Assembly: GCA_965226795.1 (NCBI GenBank)
Contig: CBDDDZ010000005.1
Coordinates: forward strand, 544,001-608,000
Direction: 5' to 3'
DNA: 64,000 nt
Source of the DNA: Candidatus Latescibacterota bacterium
Lineage (GTDB): Bacteria > Latescibacterota > UBA2968 > GCA-2709665
In this document: piece by piece, positions 40,371-50,754 of the stretch
Numbering within the stretch: position 1 is the stretch's first letter
Layout of the letters: each line of letters starts with the position of its first letter
Made by a program: the position numbers and the translations under genes
Notes under the pieces: generated by a model
The model's database searches: none
Told to the model about the DNA's origin: nothing
What the model saw: the letters and a program-made list of their open reading frames with translations, nothing else

Positions 40371-41192
40371 ATGGTCATGGAACGGCGCAAATTGACCGAT
40401 GAGCAGAAACAGCAGTGGGCGATAGATGGGTATATCCTGCTCAAGGGTGTCCTCTCAGCCGAGGAAACCGGAGACCTCAGGCGGGAGGTGGAACGGCTGC
40501 ATCGGAAGTTTGTCCTCAACAAGGCCGACGCGGACCCGAAATCCGGCCTGGACCGCAGAAACGTATTGCCGGACAGCGACGCCTTTATCCATCTTATGGA
40601 CCATTCCGGCGCGTTTGACGTCATCATGGAACTGATGGGCCCGTATATTCAGCTCAGTATGGCCGAAGCCGTTGTGCGTCCGCCGAATCCAGGCTATAAA
40701 AGCTTTATCCACACCGACGGCGGCCAGGCCCTGCGCCATATTCGCGTCACCGAAACAAGCTGGCCGCTCCAGCTCAAAATCCAGTATTTCCTCACCGACG
40801 TCAAAAGACCCGATTGCGGCAATTTTACCATTTTCCCGGGCAGTCATCTGCGACCCTACCCGGAGGGCGACACGTCCTTTACGGCCCAGACTCCCGGCGC
40901 GGTGCAACTCTGCGCGGAAGCGGGAGACGCGGCCGTCTTTTCCCATGCCCTCTGGCACGGCGTTTCCCCCAACCTCTCCAAGCGATCCCGGAAGACCCTC
41001 ATTTACTGTTATAGCCAGCAATGTTTCCGGACGTTTGACTTTAACGGCCACTCCAGGGAAGTTCTGGCGAAATGTACGCCCAGACAACGCCGTCTGCTGG
41101 GTGACCTTGGCAGAGACTGGCGCCCCGGCGCGTACTTCTACAGTCCCGAAGACCAGGTTGAGATCATCGAACAGAGGTCTGAAGTCGCCTGA
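40371..41192 (+). CDS. Phytanoyl-CoA dioxygenase (PhyH) family protein
   Basis: DGY..L..VLS, HTDG, FLTD, PGSH, AGDA..F..ALWH. Confidence 0.9.
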   Translation: MVMERRKLTDEQKQQWAIDGYILLKGVLSAEETGDLRREVERLHRKFVLNKADADPKSGLDRRNVLPDSDAFIHLMDHSGAFDVIMELMGPYIQLSMAEAVVRPPNPGYKSFIHTDGGQALRHIRVTETSWPLQLKIQYFLTDVKRPDCGNFTIFPGSHLRPYPEGDTSFTAQTPGAVQLCAEAGDAAVFSHALWHGVSPNLSKRSRKTLIYCYSQQCFRTFDFNGHSREVLAKCTPRQRRLLGDLGRDWRPGAYFYSPEDQVEIIEQRSEVA

Positions 41193-41387
41193 ACGTCACT
41201 CCTCGTCCGCGCGTTCCGTTCCGCGCCGTCTCCCGCCCGCCTCGTTCCGAAATCTCCGCGCCAGGACACGTCTTAAACATTGCCCGAATCCTTTCGTATC
41301 GCGGTTGGATTGCGGAACTTCCGCGCACGCGAGGCAATGCCTGCATCTCATCCGGAACCGATTGCCAGCCTTCGGAGATGAACAGAA

Positions 41388-43289
41388 ATGCCGCTGGTTC
41401 AACTCGAAAGCGTCCACAAGGCCTACGGGGCCAACACGATACTGATCGATCTCACGTGGAAGATTGAAGCGGGCAGCCGCATCGGGCTGGTCGGGCGCAA
41501 CGGATGCGGGAAGACAACGCTCTTTCACCTCATCAACGGACGCCTGCAGCCGGAGAGCGGACGGATCCACACGCGACGGAACCTGAACGTGGGGTACCTT
41601 GCGCAGGACCCTGAATTGGAGGACGGGTCCGTCGTCCTGGACACGGTACTCGACGCGTTTTCAGACCTGCTCGACATGCGGCGGCGGCTGGGCATCCTTG
41701 AAGGTCGGCTGGCCGAGAGCCAGGAACAACCAGCGCTCCTGGAAGAGTACGGCCGTCTGCAGCACGCCTATGAAGCCCGAGGCGGTTATGAGATCGGGAC
41801 CCGTGCAAAGACCATCCTCCACGGGCTGGGTTTCGCCCAGGCGGATTTCGAAACCCCGGTTTCTCTGCTCAGCGGGGGCCAGAAGAACCGGCTGGCCCTT
41901 GCCCGTCTGCTCGTTCGGGAACCCGACCTGCTTCTGCTCGACGAACCCACCAATCACCTGGACCTTGAGGCCATCGAATGGCTGGAAGGGTTTCTGCCCG
42001 CGTTTGACGGCGCCTTTGTGGTCATCTCCCACGACCGCTATTTTCTGGACCGCACGATCGACCGGATCGTCGAACTGGAAAACGGGTCCATGGCCGAGTA
42101 CGCCGGCAATTACAGTTTCTATTCCGCCGAAAGAGAACAGCGCCTGGCAAATCGGCAAAAGACCTATGATCGGCAACAGGAATACATCCAGAGGACCGAA
42201 GACTATATCAGGCGCAACATTTCGGGCCAGAAAACCAAACAGGCACAGAGCCGGAGGAAAACCCTCGAAAAACTGGACAGACTCGAGCGCACCGGGCGGG
42301 AAAGGGAGTTCCGGCTGGATTTCTCGGCCGGCGAGAGGGGCGGCAACCGGGTAGTGGAACTGGAGCAGATATCGAAGGCCTACGGCGACACGGTTCTTTT
42401 CGAGAAGCTGGAACTGCTTGTCCGCCGGGGTGACCGCCTGGGCATCATCGGGCCCAATGGTTCCGGCAAGTCAACCCTGCTGAAACTGCTGGCCGGACAT
42501 GTCACGCCCGATAGCGGAACCTTCAAAACCGGCTCGAACATCCAGGTGGGTTATTACGACCAGCACCGGGACGAACTCACGCCCGGCCATACGTTGCAGG
42601 ACGAAATCTGGGCGGTCAACCCGGATGCGCCGGTGGGGGAAATCCGAAGCGTCCTGGGCGCCTTCCTCTTTTCAGGCGACGACGTCGAGCGAAAAATCAG
42701 CAGCCTCAGCGGCGGAGAAAAAAGCAGGGTGGCCCTTGCCAGGCTGATGAGGTCCGAAACCAATCTCCTGGTTCTGGACGAACCCACCAATCATCTGGAT
42801 ATCCCGTCCCGGGATGTTCTGGAAGGCGCCCTGAAAACCTACGACGGCACCCTTATCACCGTCTCGCACGATCGCTATTTCCTGAACATGCTGGTGGACA
42901 GACTGCTTGTTTTAGGGAACGGAAAGTGGGAACTGGTGGAGGGCAACTACGAAGCCTGGCAGCGCCAACGGGGAACGCGGGGGGATTTTCCTGAGGCGCA
43001 CTCACCGAAGAAAACCTCCCAAAAAGCCATTTACGAACGGAGCCGGGCCGACCGCAGGTCGCAGGATAGACGCGAGCGGCGGCTCGAAGCCATCGAAAAA
43101 GAGATCCTGGAACTCGAGGCCGAACTCGAACGCCTGGAAGGACAACTTGCTCTGGATAACCGGGCGTCGGATTGGCAACACCTCCAGTCGGCTTCCGAGG
43201 AACGCCAGCGGCTCCAGAACCGGATCGAAGAACGCATTGCGGTGTGGGAAACGCTTGAGACGATTGTGATGAAGGGCGGGAAACAGTGA
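41388..43289 (+). CDS. ABC-F family ATPase
   Basis: Two NBDs (GRNGCGKTT, GPNGSGKST), LSGG, LDEPTNHLD twice, no TM segments, C-terminal coiled coil. Confidence 0.94.
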   Translation: MPLVQLESVHKAYGANTILIDLTWKIEAGSRIGLVGRNGCGKTTLFHLINGRLQPESGRIHTRRNLNVGYLAQDPELEDGSVVLDTVLDAFSDLLDMRRRLGILEGRLAESQEQPALLEEYGRLQHAYEARGGYEIGTRAKTILHGLGFAQADFETPVSLLSGGQKNRLALARLLVREPDLLLLDEPTNHLDLEAIEWLEGFLPAFDGAFVVISHDRYFLDRTIDRIVELENGSMAEYAGNYSFYSAEREQRLANRQKTYDRQQEYIQRTEDYIRRNISGQKTKQAQSRRKTLEKLDRLERTGREREFRLDFSAGERGGNRVVELEQISKAYGDTVLFEKLELLVRRGDRLGIIGPNGSGKSTLLKLLAGHVTPDSGTFKTGSNIQVGYYDQHRDELTPGHTLQDEIWAVNPDAPVGEIRSVLGAFLFSGDDVERKISSLSGGEKSRVALARLMRSETNLLVLDEPTNHLDIPSRDVLEGALKTYDGTLITVSHDRYFLNMLVDRLLVLGNGKWELVEGNYEAWQRQRGTRGDFPEAHSPKKTSQKAIYERSRADRRSQDRRERRLEAIEKEILELEAELERLEGQLALDNRASDWQHLQSASEERQRLQNRIEERIAVWETLETIVMKGGKQ

Positions 43290-43461
43290 TCCGATTGGTT
43301 TGCGCCGGTTTTCGGCAATCGGCAGAGAGGGCGGCAGGTTTCTCGGGAGATAGAGTCGTAAATACCGGCGGTTGGGGATCGGATTTCAAACTCTCGAAAG
43401 CCGATCGGTCAGAAGCCGTCTCTTCGTGACTCCTATACACGATCTTCCCGAAATCGGAACG

Positions 43462-45501
43462 ATGTTCGATCGATCTCTGATGGCGCCCGCCGAATTCGAA
43501 TTCGTGGTACTGGCGGACACGCACTACATGCTCGATCCGGGCGGACGCGCGCTGGAATTCGAATCCCGGCGCAAGCAGACCGCCCGGGCGAACGCGGCGC
43601 TCAGGCTGGCGGCGTCTCTCGGCACGGACTTTATCGTGCACATGGGCGACCTGGTCCAGGAATACCCCGAAACCCGGCGACACAGGGAGGCGATCGACAA
43701 GGCGAGGGAGCAACTGGCGCGCCTGGACGCGGAGGTATTCCACGTTGCCGGCAACCACGACGTGGGCGACAAACCCGATCCGACCATGCCCACCCTGCCC
43801 GTCACGCCGGAGTCCCTGAAGCGGTACCACGCCCGTTTCGGGCCTTCCCGGTACAGCTTCGACCACTGCGGTTGTCACTTTATCGTAATCAACTCACAGA
43901 TCCTCAACGCCGATCTGCCAGAGTCCGGATCACAGCGCGTCTGGCTGGAGCGCGACCTGGAAAGCCATGGACAGGATCGCGTTTTCCTCTTTCTCCACCT
44001 GCCGCCGTTCCTGGAACACCCGGACGAGGCCCACCTGGGCAACTACGACAATATCGGCCAGCCCGACAGGCATTGGATACTCGACCTGATCCGTCGACAC
44101 CCGGTCGAGGTGGTCTGCGCAGCGCACGTCCACTTCGCGTTCCTGAACCGGATTGGGTCGACTCGAATCTTCAACGTACCGTCGACCTCCTTCGTGCGCC
44201 CCGGCTTCAGCCACCTGTTCACCGGTCCTCCACCGCCCGAGCAGGGGCGGGACGACGCGCCCAAGCTCGGCATCTATCTGTTCCGCGTTTTCGGCGACCG
44301 GACGGACGTCCACTTCATCCGAACAGGGGGGGCGCCTGTTCTGGAAGAAGAAGCGCCCGGCGCCCCGAAACGACTGCTCACCCGGACTTCGGCGGGCATT
44401 CCCCGCGCCGCTATCGGCCTCACCCTCCTGCATCCCCTCGCGCCTCGAACCGAAATCCCGATCGCATTTCCCAGCATCGTCCGGCAGTGCGTAAGAAACG
44501 ACTATCCATTGCTCGCCGCCGTGGAACTCGGCGCAACCGCCGTCCGTTTCCCGGCCACCGATCTCGAAGATTCCGTTCAGCGGGAACGACTCGAAATCCT
44601 CCGCGATGAAGGTCCGCGGCTCACGGCGATGCTGCCCGTGACCTCCGCCGCGGATCTTCTGCCGTTCGTCCGGCGACACGCGGATATCGTCGACGCGTGG
44701 GAAGTCCGGATACCCGGAACCCTGCTGCCGTCCGACGACCTCACCCGAGCGCTCGCGGTCTGCGGCAAAGAAGCCTCCACGCATTTCACGCTTTCACCCA
44801 TCCTCCCGGGAGAGGTCCGTCCCGGCAAACAGCACCCCCGCACCCGAATCGGATATCTGCCCGGCGAACTGCCTGAACTGAACCTCCACCTGGCCGGACG
44901 GGACGTCTGCATCGACCGGGTCCTTTGCCGTGTTGACGGGACCGACCCGTGGAAAACCGCTCAGGATCTCCTGGGCATCGGCGCCCTCAGCCACGTCAAA
45001 GGCGTGGACCTTGCCGTGGCCCACGCCGCCCGCGATGACGTGTTGAATGCCAATGTGGCGGCAGAATCCCTCTTTTGCGCCGCCCTGCTTCCGGGCGCTC
45101 GCGTCTACTTCGAACCCTTAGTCGACCTGGACCGGACCCTGGACGTGGCCCACGGGCTTCTGGACACGTCCTGCAACCCCCGCCCCGCGTTTCACGTTCT
45201 GCGATGCCTCAATACGGTGCTTTTTCACGAGGCGATTGTCCGTCCGGTCCCCGGAGAGCTCGACCTGCCCGGGGCCAGGATTCGGACTCTGACCGGCCCG
45301 GCCCATTTTCATGCCCTGATCACCTCGCGGACCGGCGAGCTCCCGGATCCAGGCCGCCTCGCGTTTCCCGGTATTTCACCGGAAGCCCCGTTTCTTCTCT
45401 ACCGCCTTGCCGAGGGCACCGTCCAGAACGGTTCCCTCGAACGGCTCCTTGAACACGCGAAGGGCCATTCGGCGCCTCTTCTATTGACAGCCTGCCCGTA
45501 A
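43462..45501 (+). CDS. Metallophosphoesterase with uncharacterised C-terminal domain
   Basis: ADTH, HMGD, AGNHD, AHVH. Confidence 0.85.
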   Translation: MFDRSLMAPAEFEFVVLADTHYMLDPGGRALEFESRRKQTARANAALRLAASLGTDFIVHMGDLVQEYPETRRHREAIDKAREQLARLDAEVFHVAGNHDVGDKPDPTMPTLPVTPESLKRYHARFGPSRYSFDHCGCHFIVINSQILNADLPESGSQRVWLERDLESHGQDRVFLFLHLPPFLEHPDEAHLGNYDNIGQPDRHWILDLIRRHPVEVVCAAHVHFAFLNRIGSTRIFNVPSTSFVRPGFSHLFTGPPPPEQGRDDAPKLGIYLFRVFGDRTDVHFIRTGGAPVLEEEAPGAPKRLLTRTSAGIPRAAIGLTLLHPLAPRTEIPIAFPSIVRQCVRNDYPLLAAVELGATAVRFPATDLEDSVQRERLEILRDEGPRLTAMLPVTSAADLLPFVRRHADIVDAWEVRIPGTLLPSDDLTRALAVCGKEASTHFTLSPILPGEVRPGKQHPRTRIGYLPGELPELNLHLAGRDVCIDRVLCRVDGTDPWKTAQDLLGIGALSHVKGVDLAVAHAARDDVLNANVAAESLFCAALLPGARVYFEPLVDLDRTLDVAHGLLDTSCNPRPAFHVLRCLNTVLFHEAIVRPVPGELDLPGARIRTLTGPAHFHALITSRTGELPDPGRLAFPGISPEAPFLLYRLAEGTVQNGSLERLLEHAKGHSAPLLLTACP

Positions 45502-45631
45502 TGCTCCCGCCTATTGGGTTGACATTTCCCGGGATTCTATACATCTTTCTGGCGCAACGGGTTCGCGAAATCTCTTTAGACTGCGATCCGCCGTTTTCCG
45601 AATTGCCGCATAAACAACGAGGTTTCGTCCA

Positions 45632-46429
45632 ATGGCGAAAACGCTTCGCGTCTGTCTTGCCGCCCTCGAACAGCGGCCCTCCGTGCCCGAAGGCGTGAAG
45701 AAGCTGGTTTCCGTTCTGACCGAATGTCAGAAACAAAACGTCGATATCGTCTGTACGCCGGAGGCCTATCTTCCGGGTCTCAGGGGCGCTTCTTTCGATC
45801 TGCCCGACCCGGACCAACCCGCCATGGAGCAGGCCCTGCAGGACCTTCGAGCGGCCTGCCGCACAACGGGCGTGGCCATCATCGCCGGAATGGAGTGGCA
45901 ATCCGAACTCGGCCTGGAAAACCGGGCTTTTGTTATCTCCCCGGCCGGCCGGGTGCTCGGCTACCAGACCAAAAACCAGATCACACCGGGCGGTGAGTCG
46001 GAGAACTACGTGCCCGACGGGCAGCGACGGGTGTTCACCGTAAAGGGCGTCAGGTTCGGAATCACCATCTGCCACGAAGGCTGGCGATATCCGGAAACCG
46101 TGAGGTGGCCCGCGGTTCGTGGCGCGCGGATCGTGTTTCAGCCCCAGGTCACGGGCAGCGACGAAGGTGGACAAAAGCGCAGGGAGTGGGGCGATTCCTT
46201 CTACGAGAAGGCCATGCAGTGCCGCGCGGGGGAGAACAACATCTACTTCGCCAGCGTCAACCAGGCCATGAAAGGCCAGAACTCAGCCACCAGCCTCATC
46301 GACCCCCAGGGCAATCTCATCGAGTACGTACCCTACGGCATGGAAGACCTGCTCATCGCAGACCTGGACATTGAAAAGGCCACCCGGTTCTACACTAGGC
46401 GGTACCGGTCCGAACTCTACCCCGCGTAG
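45632..46429 (+). CDS. Carbon-nitrogen hydrolase (nitrilase superfamily)
   Basis: TPEAY, QTKNQI, ICHEGWRYPE. Confidence 0.92.
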   Translation: MAKTLRVCLAALEQRPSVPEGVKKLVSVLTECQKQNVDIVCTPEAYLPGLRGASFDLPDPDQPAMEQALQDLRAACRTTGVAIIAGMEWQSELGLENRAFVISPAGRVLGYQTKNQITPGGESENYVPDGQRRVFTVKGVRFGITICHEGWRYPETVRWPAVRGARIVFQPQVTGSDEGGQKRREWGDSFYEKAMQCRAGENNIYFASVNQAMKGQNSATSLIDPQGNLIEYVPYGMEDLLIADLDIEKATRFYTRRYRSELYPA

Positions 46430-46449
46430 TCCATTCCGGAGGAATACCC

Positions 46450-47784
46450 ATGTCAAAGGGCAGCCTCATGTTGTTCGGGATCTGTCTTTCGCTGCTCCTG
46501 AGCAGCGGCGTCCACGCGCAGGAATCCTCGCCGGTCGACTTCAATGGAGACGGCGAAGTCAACTTCGCGGATTTCATCGCCTTCGCCAGGGGATTCGGCA
46601 AGACGGATCAGGACGCGGACTTCGACGTCAGGCTGGACCTCAACAACAACGGTGAAGTCGACTTTCAGGACTTCGTCCTTTTCGCCCGGCAATTCGGCGG
46701 CTCGAGTCCGTCCGGCGGCGGCGACGAGGAGCCGTTCAACCCGCGCCGCATCTATGTCTCGGACCTTTGGTCAAATAGGGTCTTTGTGGTGGATGCCAAA
46801 ACCAATTTTTATGATCCCGGCCTCTCCGTCACGCTCAGCCAGCCCCGCAGCGTGGCCTACTCATATCGCAACAGGCGCTTCTACGTTGCGGGTGTGGACT
46901 CGTTCTACGCACTCACAGAATCCAGCGAGGTCGACTACCGGTTACCGCTTCAGGATCCGCCCGGATCGCCAGGTGGTTCCCCGGTCGCGCGTGGCGGATT
47001 CCGTATGGCGCTTTCACCGGACCATCGGCTTGCCTATGTCACCGAAGACGCAGTTTGGCAGGTCGAAGTCATCGATCTCAAAAGCGCCGAATCCGTCGCA
47101 CTTATTCCACTTTCATTGCAGCCCAGCGGCATCGCCATTTCTCCCGACGGCGAGGCAATCTACGTGGCTCATTCGGGAGATCCATGGATTTCCGTCATCG
47201 ACGGCCCCGGACAGGCGCTCGTGGACAGTATCCGACTCGACGGATCGGGCAACGGGCGGGTGGCCGTCACCTACGAGGGCGGCAGGATCCATACCGCGAC
47301 AACCCTGGGCGGCGACGACCCGTCGGTTCAAATCTTGTCGATCGATCCAGAAACGAAAGAAGTTGTCGATATGCTGGAGGTGGCGGCGGATTCGACGACA
47401 ATCGTCCGTGACCTCCAGGCGTCGAGGGACGGCGGGAAGCTTTTTGCAACTATAAGGCGGGAATTTCTGGCGCCCACCTCATTGTTCGGTATCGTGATAG
47501 AGAGCTACTTCTGGACCATAGATGCAGCGACTTTCAAAAGAACGAGCGAAATACAGATCGACGGGGATGCTGTGACGTTCGGGGTGTCCCGGGACGACAA
47601 GACTGCGTACGTCGCCGTCAGCGACCCATTTACGGGATCGTTCAAGCTCACGAAAGTAGACCTTGAAAACAACGAGGTTCTTGGTGACGTCCCGGTATCT
47701 TTTCTGACGCCCTGGAACGTCAAAGTATACGGCGCCAAGCCCGCGTACGGACGTACCGTCGTTCCCGAAATAACCATCTTCTGA
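46450..47784 (+). CDS. Secreted protein: dockerin/EF-hand-like module plus YVTN-type beta-propeller
   Basis: Signal peptide; DFNGDGEVNFADF...DLNNNGEVDFQDF; repeats such as IAISPDG..IYVA. Confidence 0.85.
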   Translation: MSKGSLMLFGICLSLLLSSGVHAQESSPVDFNGDGEVNFADFIAFARGFGKTDQDADFDVRLDLNNNGEVDFQDFVLFARQFGGSSPSGGGDEEPFNPRRIYVSDLWSNRVFVVDAKTNFYDPGLSVTLSQPRSVAYSYRNRRFYVAGVDSFYALTESSEVDYRLPLQDPPGSPGGSPVARGGFRMALSPDHRLAYVTEDAVWQVEVIDLKSAESVALIPLSLQPSGIAISPDGEAIYVAHSGDPWISVIDGPGQALVDSIRLDGSGNGRVAVTYEGGRIHTATTLGGDDPSVQILSIDPETKEVVDMLEVAADSTTIVRDLQASRDGGKLFATIRREFLAPTSLFGIVIESYFWTIDAATFKRTSEIQIDGDAVTFGVSRDDKTAYVAVSDPFTGSFKLTKVDLENNEVLGDVPVSFLTPWNVKVYGAKPAYGRTVVPEITIF

Positions 47785-48006
47785 ATCGGCGGCCGAAGGA
47801 CGACGGACGGCTGCCCGCATCCGAACGCCGATCCTTTCGACTGCGTCCCTGCCCATACGGTTCCGGTGTTCCGGTGCGTTGAATTCAGGCAGCATATCTG
47901 GCGACTTTCCAAATGAAACCCTTGCATACCGCGCCGAATTCCGGTAGATTTCTATATAGAATATCAATGCATATGGAGGCGCACCTATTGAAAACGAGCG
48001 AGAACA

Positions 48007-49062
48007 ATGCTTTCATCGCTTCTTCTTGAACCCGGCCGGCTTGAATTGCGGGACATCGACATACCCAGCACCGGTCCCGGCGAGGTGGTTGTCCGGGTGC
48101 GGTCCGCACTGACATGCGGCACCGAATTGAAGACATTCCGTCGCGGCCACCCGAAAATTCCCACGCCAACGCCTCTGGGGCACGAGTTCTCCGGAGATAT
48201 CTACGAAGTCGGCGAGGGAGTTTCAAAGTTCAAAGTTGGCGATCAGGTGATGACTGCGCCAACGGCGCCCTGCGGCGAGTGCGTTTACTGCCTGAAGTCG
48301 CAGGAGAACCTCTGCCGGTACGCCATCGACGAGATGGTTTTCGGTGCCTTTGCGGAATACGTCCGTGTGCCCGCTCACGTTGTGCAAAACAACATGTTTA
48401 AAAAGCCCGCGGATCTTTCCTACGAAGAGGCCGCGATGCTGGAGCCGCTGGCTTGCGTGGTGTACGGTATGGACCAGGTGCTTATGGGGCCGGACGCTAC
48501 GGTGCTCATCATCGGCGCGGGCGCCATCGGATTGATGCACACGGCCGTCGTACGCGCTTTTGGCGCAAAGCGCGTCATTGTCGCCGGCAGGCGCGAATAC
48601 CGGCTCAGGCTCGCCAGCACGCTCGGTGCGGACGAGATTATAGACGTGGATAAGGAAAACGCGATTGAACGCGTTATGGAACTGACCGGCGGCATCGGCG
48701 CGGACCTGGTTATCGAGTGTACCGGCCAGCTCGCCGTCTGGGAGAGCACACCCGACCTGGTCGCGAAGGGAGGGACGATCGTCCTGTTCGGCGGCCTTCC
48801 GAAGGGAACCGTCGCCACCTTCGACACGGCCAGGTTACACTACGATCAGATTACCCTTAAGGGCGTGTTTCACTACAGCCGCAGCGCCGTGAAAAAGGCC
48901 TACCGGATGCTGGTCGACAAAAAGATCCACCTCAATGGTCTGATCTCGGGCACCTACACCCTGTCCGATCTCAAACACGTCTTTGAGCTTCTTCTGAAGA
49001 AGGGCAACGACGTCAAATTCGCGGTCGTGCCTTCCGAACCCAGCCCGGAAAAAGCCGGATGA
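48007..49062 (+). CDS. Zinc-dependent alcohol dehydrogenase (MDR)
   Basis: CGT, GHEFSG, CGEC.YC...C, GAGAIG. Confidence 0.93.
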   Translation: MLSSLLLEPGRLELRDIDIPSTGPGEVVVRVRSALTCGTELKTFRRGHPKIPTPTPLGHEFSGDIYEVGEGVSKFKVGDQVMTAPTAPCGECVYCLKSQENLCRYAIDEMVFGAFAEYVRVPAHVVQNNMFKKPADLSYEEAAMLEPLACVVYGMDQVLMGPDATVLIIGAGAIGLMHTAVVRAFGAKRVIVAGRREYRLRLASTLGADEIIDVDKENAIERVMELTGGIGADLVIECTGQLAVWESTPDLVAKGGTIVLFGGLPKGTVATFDTARLHYDQITLKGVFHYSRSAVKKAYRMLVDKKIHLNGLISGTYTLSDLKHVFELLLKKGNDVKFAVVPSEPSPEKAG

Positions 49063-50102
49063 TGCGCGTAGCGCGTCTGTACGACTACGGCGACATCCGC
49101 ATCGAAATAGAACCGATCCCCGAAATAGGACCCGAAGACGCCCTCGTTAAAATGGCGGTTTGCGGCATCTGCACGAGCGATACCCTGCCGTGGTACGTGC
49201 GCCGCAAGGCGCCCATCGTCCTCGGGCACGAACCCGCCGGGATTCTCATCGACGTTGGCTCCAGGGCCGTGGATTTCTCACCGGGTGAGCGCGTCTTTTT
49301 TCACCATCATGCCCCCTGCATGAACTGCCGTTTGTGCCGCCGGGGGCATTATTCTATGTGCCCCACCTGGAAGGCCTCCGCGCTGGACCCCGGCGGCCTC
49401 GCCGAGTTCGTCCGCGTGCCCGGCCTCAACCTCAGAACCGACACGCTGAAACTTCCGGCTTCACTTTCCCTTGAAGACGGCGCTCTCGTCGAACCGACCG
49501 CCTGCGCGGTACAGGCGCTGAAACGCCGCGCCCGCGTGCAACCGGGCGACCGCGTCCTGATCATCGGCATGGGCATTATGGGCCAGCTTCTTGCCTTGGT
49601 CGCCAGGCATTACGGCGCGTCAACCGTGATTGCGGCGGACATGGTGCCCTACCGGCTGAAAAAAGCGCTGGAACTCGGGGCCGACCTGGGCGTAGACGTA
49701 ACGCGGGAGAGCCTGGTCGAGTCCGTCGCCGCCGCCACCGATGGGGACATGGCCGACCTGGTTGTGGTCGGTCCGGGCGCGCTGACGGCGATGGAGGCGG
49801 GACTCTCCGCGGTTGGCGTGGGCGGGACCGTGCTTCTGTTCACCCCCACCGAACCCGGCGGGACCCTGGCGATCCAACCATACGATCTGTATTCCGGGGA
49901 CATCACCCTCATAACCAGCTACTCCTGCGGCCCGCCGGACACGCTGGAAGCCCTGGACATCGTCGGCCGTGGGGTCGTGACCGCGAAAAAACTCGTCACT
50001 CACCGGTTTCCCCTGGAAGAAACCGCCGTCGGATTTCAGACGGTTGCGGAAGCCGGAGACTCCATCAAGACCCTCATCGTCATCGACGAAACGCTGGCGT
50101 AG
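49059..50102 (+). CDS. Zinc-dependent alcohol dehydrogenase (MDR)
   Basis: CGIC.SD, GHEPAG, C..C..C....C, GMGIMG. Confidence 0.93.
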   Translation: MMRVARLYDYGDIRIEIEPIPEIGPEDALVKMAVCGICTSDTLPWYVRRKAPIVLGHEPAGILIDVGSRAVDFSPGERVFFHHHAPCMNCRLCRRGHYSMCPTWKASALDPGGLAEFVRVPGLNLRTDTLKLPASLSLEDGALVEPTACAVQALKRRARVQPGDRVLIIGMGIMGQLLALVARHYGASTVIAADMVPYRLKKALELGADLGVDVTRESLVESVAAATDGDMADLVVVGPGALTAMEAGLSAVGVGGTVLLFTPTEPGGTLAIQPYDLYSGDITLITSYSCGPPDTLEALDIVGRGVVTAKKLVTHRFPLEETAVGFQTVAEAGDSIKTLIVIDETLA

Positions 50103-50300
50103 AGACCGGTCTTTGCACCGTCGTAAGACGGGCCGGACAACTGCACCAGGGTTCATCGGCCACATCGCAGTTGCCGCTGGCGTCGCGCAACCGATTCCAG
50201 CTTGCGTTTTGGCCGCTATTCTTTACTTTATCCCTTGTTTTCGGCCGCCAGGGTCCGACCCTGTATTTCACGACTTTTCGTTTCCAGAGAGGATGCCGGC

Positions 50301-50492
50301 ATGCCCTTTGTCAACGTCAAAATGCTCGACGGCCGCACGACGGACCAGAAACGAGAACTGGTCAAGGCCATTACGGACGCCCTGCAAAATATCTGCGGGG
50401 CAAAACCGGAAGGCACCATGGTGGTCATCGAGGAAGTGACCCGCGACCACTGGGCTCGAGGCGGCGTGCTGATTTCAGACAGAGACGCATAA
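50301..50492 (+). CDS. 4-oxalocrotonate tautomerase family protein
   Basis: N-terminal Pro (MPFVNVKML.GRT.DQKR.L), W.RGG. Confidence 0.92.
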   Translation: MPFVNVKMLDGRTTDQKRELVKAITDALQNICGAKPEGTMVVIEEVTRDHWARGGVLISDRDA

Positions 50493-50582
50493 CCCCGGGG
50501 GCGCCCCTGCACAAGCGTGCCGGCGCGGCGCCCGGAACTTCGTTATCGCAAAACCCGCCGCCGGATTTCCGCGCGTTTGGTC

Positions 50583-50611
50583 TTGACAGAATTATACCCG
50601 CCGCCTATATT
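50583..50611 (+). promoter_or_regulatory. Sigma70-type promoter
   Basis: TTGACA-17 nt-TATATT upstream of the TPR gene. Confidence 0.6.
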
Positions 50612-50754
50612 GCACCGATCCTAAGTTCGCTGCCAAAAAAGAGAAACAATCTCCGATCGGCTCAACCCGGGCAACGGTTTGAGCCATGTTCCATAGGCTT
50701 GTACAGACGTTGGCTGAATCGACGGTACGTCGTGAAAAGGAAAGGGGATAGGCT

